A stretch of 64,000 nt of DNA from Smithella sp. (GTDB taxonomy: Bacteria; Desulfobacterota; Syntrophia; Syntrophales; Smithellaceae), in NCBI GenBank assembly GCA_049523355.1, contig JBEKMY010000001.1, positions 8,962 through 72,961 of the forward strand, written 5' to 3'. Below are positions 62,858 to 64,000 of this stretch, one piece after another (positions within the stretch are counted from its first letter, which is position 1; every line of letters begins with the position of its first letter). The position numbers and the translations under genes are program-made. The notes under the pieces were generated by a model. It did no database searches. It saw only the letters and a program-made list of their open reading frames with translations, and was not told the origin of the DNA.

Positions 62858-64000
62858 AGAAAAATATTTTTTACAAAATATTTTTTAGCTATCTTGTCAT
62901 TATATGTCTGTCTTTTTTCCTTTTGGATTTGTTTGTGCGCGATGAAATAAAGAATGTGCTCACTTCCAAAGTTGAAACGGAATTGTTTTCCTATGCTCAG
63001 CTCCTTGACCTGAGTTCTTCCGTGAAAATTGCTCAACAGCTGAAGCAAATTGCAAAGATATCGGACTCCAGGGTCACTCTGATTGACGCTCGGGGGAAGG
63101 TCCTTGCTGATTCGGAAAAAGAATCTTCTCTTATGGAAAATCATTTAAACCGGCCGGAAGTACAGGAAGCCAGGCTTAAGGGCATGGGCAGGTCGGTCAG
63201 ATTCAGCAGCACTATCGGTATTGATATGCTCTACGTAGCCATTGCGATCAAAGATGGACGGGAAACCACCGGTTATATAAGGTTGGCGCGTTCTCTGCAT
63301 GATGTGCAAAGCGTTATTGAAACAGTCTATAAATCTTTTTTTCTGGCAATGATAATTGTTGGGATTATAGCACTTGTCATTGCTCTGATCTTTTCTTACA
63401 GTCTGGCAGCGCCTATTCTGGCAATGGAAAGATTCACTGAAAAACTGCGTCAAGGATATCCGGTTGGGGCCATTTTATTAGAGACGGCGGACGAAACGAA
63501 AAAGCTAGCCGATAATATCAATTATCTGGTGGATGAACTGCAAAGCCAGATTCGGCTGGCCAATGAAGAGAAGAGCAAATTAATGACAGCATTTACCAGC
63601 ATGACAGAGGGGATTTTGATTCTCAATGCGGAAGATAAAATCGAATTTGTCAATCAGGCACTGAGTAATATATTCTCAGAGCAGTACGGAGATATAAACG
63701 GTAAAACTCTGATGGAAGCCTTCCGAAACGCTGACCTGCAAAAAGCTTTTCTGGACTTTAAGCAAACGCGAATAAATGTGTTCTGTGAAATTACTCTTGG
63801 TAATATAGAACCGGTTATTTTAAGTGTAAGCATCTCTGCCGTTCATGGTTATCCTGAAGAAGAAAAAACGATGATTGTTTTTCACGATGTAACACGGCTT
63901 AAAAAACTCGAACAGATTCGAGTGGATTTTGTAGCCAATGTCACGCATGAAATCAGAACTCCGCTCACAGCAATTATTGGTTATCTGGAAACGATCAAAA
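62854..64000 (+). CDS. phoR: PhoR-type sensor histidine kinase (TM-sensor-TM-HAMP-PAS-HisKA), truncated by the window end
   Basis: GTG start overlapping the phoU stop; MKKNIFYKIFFSY..., MENHLNRPEV, FVANVTHEIRTPLTAIIGY; absent from the ORF track because there is no stop in the window. Confidence 0.9.
   Translation, partial: MKKNIFYKIFFSYLVIICLSFFLLDLFVRDEIKNVLTSKVETELFSYAQLLDLSSSVKIAQQLKQIAKISDSRVTLIDARGKVLADSEKESSLMENHLNRPEVQEARLKGMGRSVRFSSTIGIDMLYVAIAIKDGRETTGYIRLARSLHDVQSVIETVYKSFFLAMIIVGIIALVIALIFSYSLAAPILAMERFTEKLRQGYPVGAILLETADETKKLADNINYLVDELQSQIRLANEEKSKLMTAFTSMTEGILILNAEDKIEFVNQALSNIFSEQYGDINGKTLMEAFRNADLQKAFLDFKQTRINVFCEITLGNIEPVILSVSISAVHGYPEEEKTMIVFHDVTRLKKLEQIRVDFVANVTHEIRTPLTAIIGYLETIK

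Noticed and set aside
62854-64000. Possible frameshift or pseudogene in phoR (T-runs near the start; missing from the ORF track)
   Set aside because: Manual translation of the 5' region is open and in frame with the HisKA H-box at the window end. It is missing only because the stop lies outside the window.

Overview
Chromosomal window from an anaerobic delta-proteobacterium. The protein sequences and gene order look Syntrophales/Smithella-like, which is an inference. Left ~20 kb: housekeeping and biosynthetic genes (uvrA 3' end, yggS, maf, manC, rlmI-like, pyrE, tonB, a split cobalamin-dependent methionine synthase, and leuACDB under a Leu-rich leader-peptide attenuator) plus two HD-GYP response regulators. 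Middle ~29 kb: tRNA cluster, rpmG-secE-nusG-rplKAJL-rpoBC, and the str/S10/spc/alpha ribosomal superoperon, which lacks fusA, adk and the tRNA-linked tuf copy. Right ~15 kb: a phosphate-starvation locus (EAL-CBS-GGDEF gene, phoB, pstSCAB-phoU-phoR). Inside it lies the most interesting element, a four-gene operon with a candidate Pho-box promoter. It encodes a large protein with GS/GCS/PafA-fold carboxylate-amine ligase motifs, a phosphatidylserine-decarboxylase-like enzyme, a DksA-like factor and a divergent Lgt-like diacylglyceryl transferase. This is a candidate undescribed phosphorus-free lipid or lipid-conjugation pathway. Two c-di-GMP genes are each bracketed by diverged direct repeats of host sequence. 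No CRISPR array, rRNA, transposase or integrase was seen. All family assignments come from motifs read by eye; no database searches were run.
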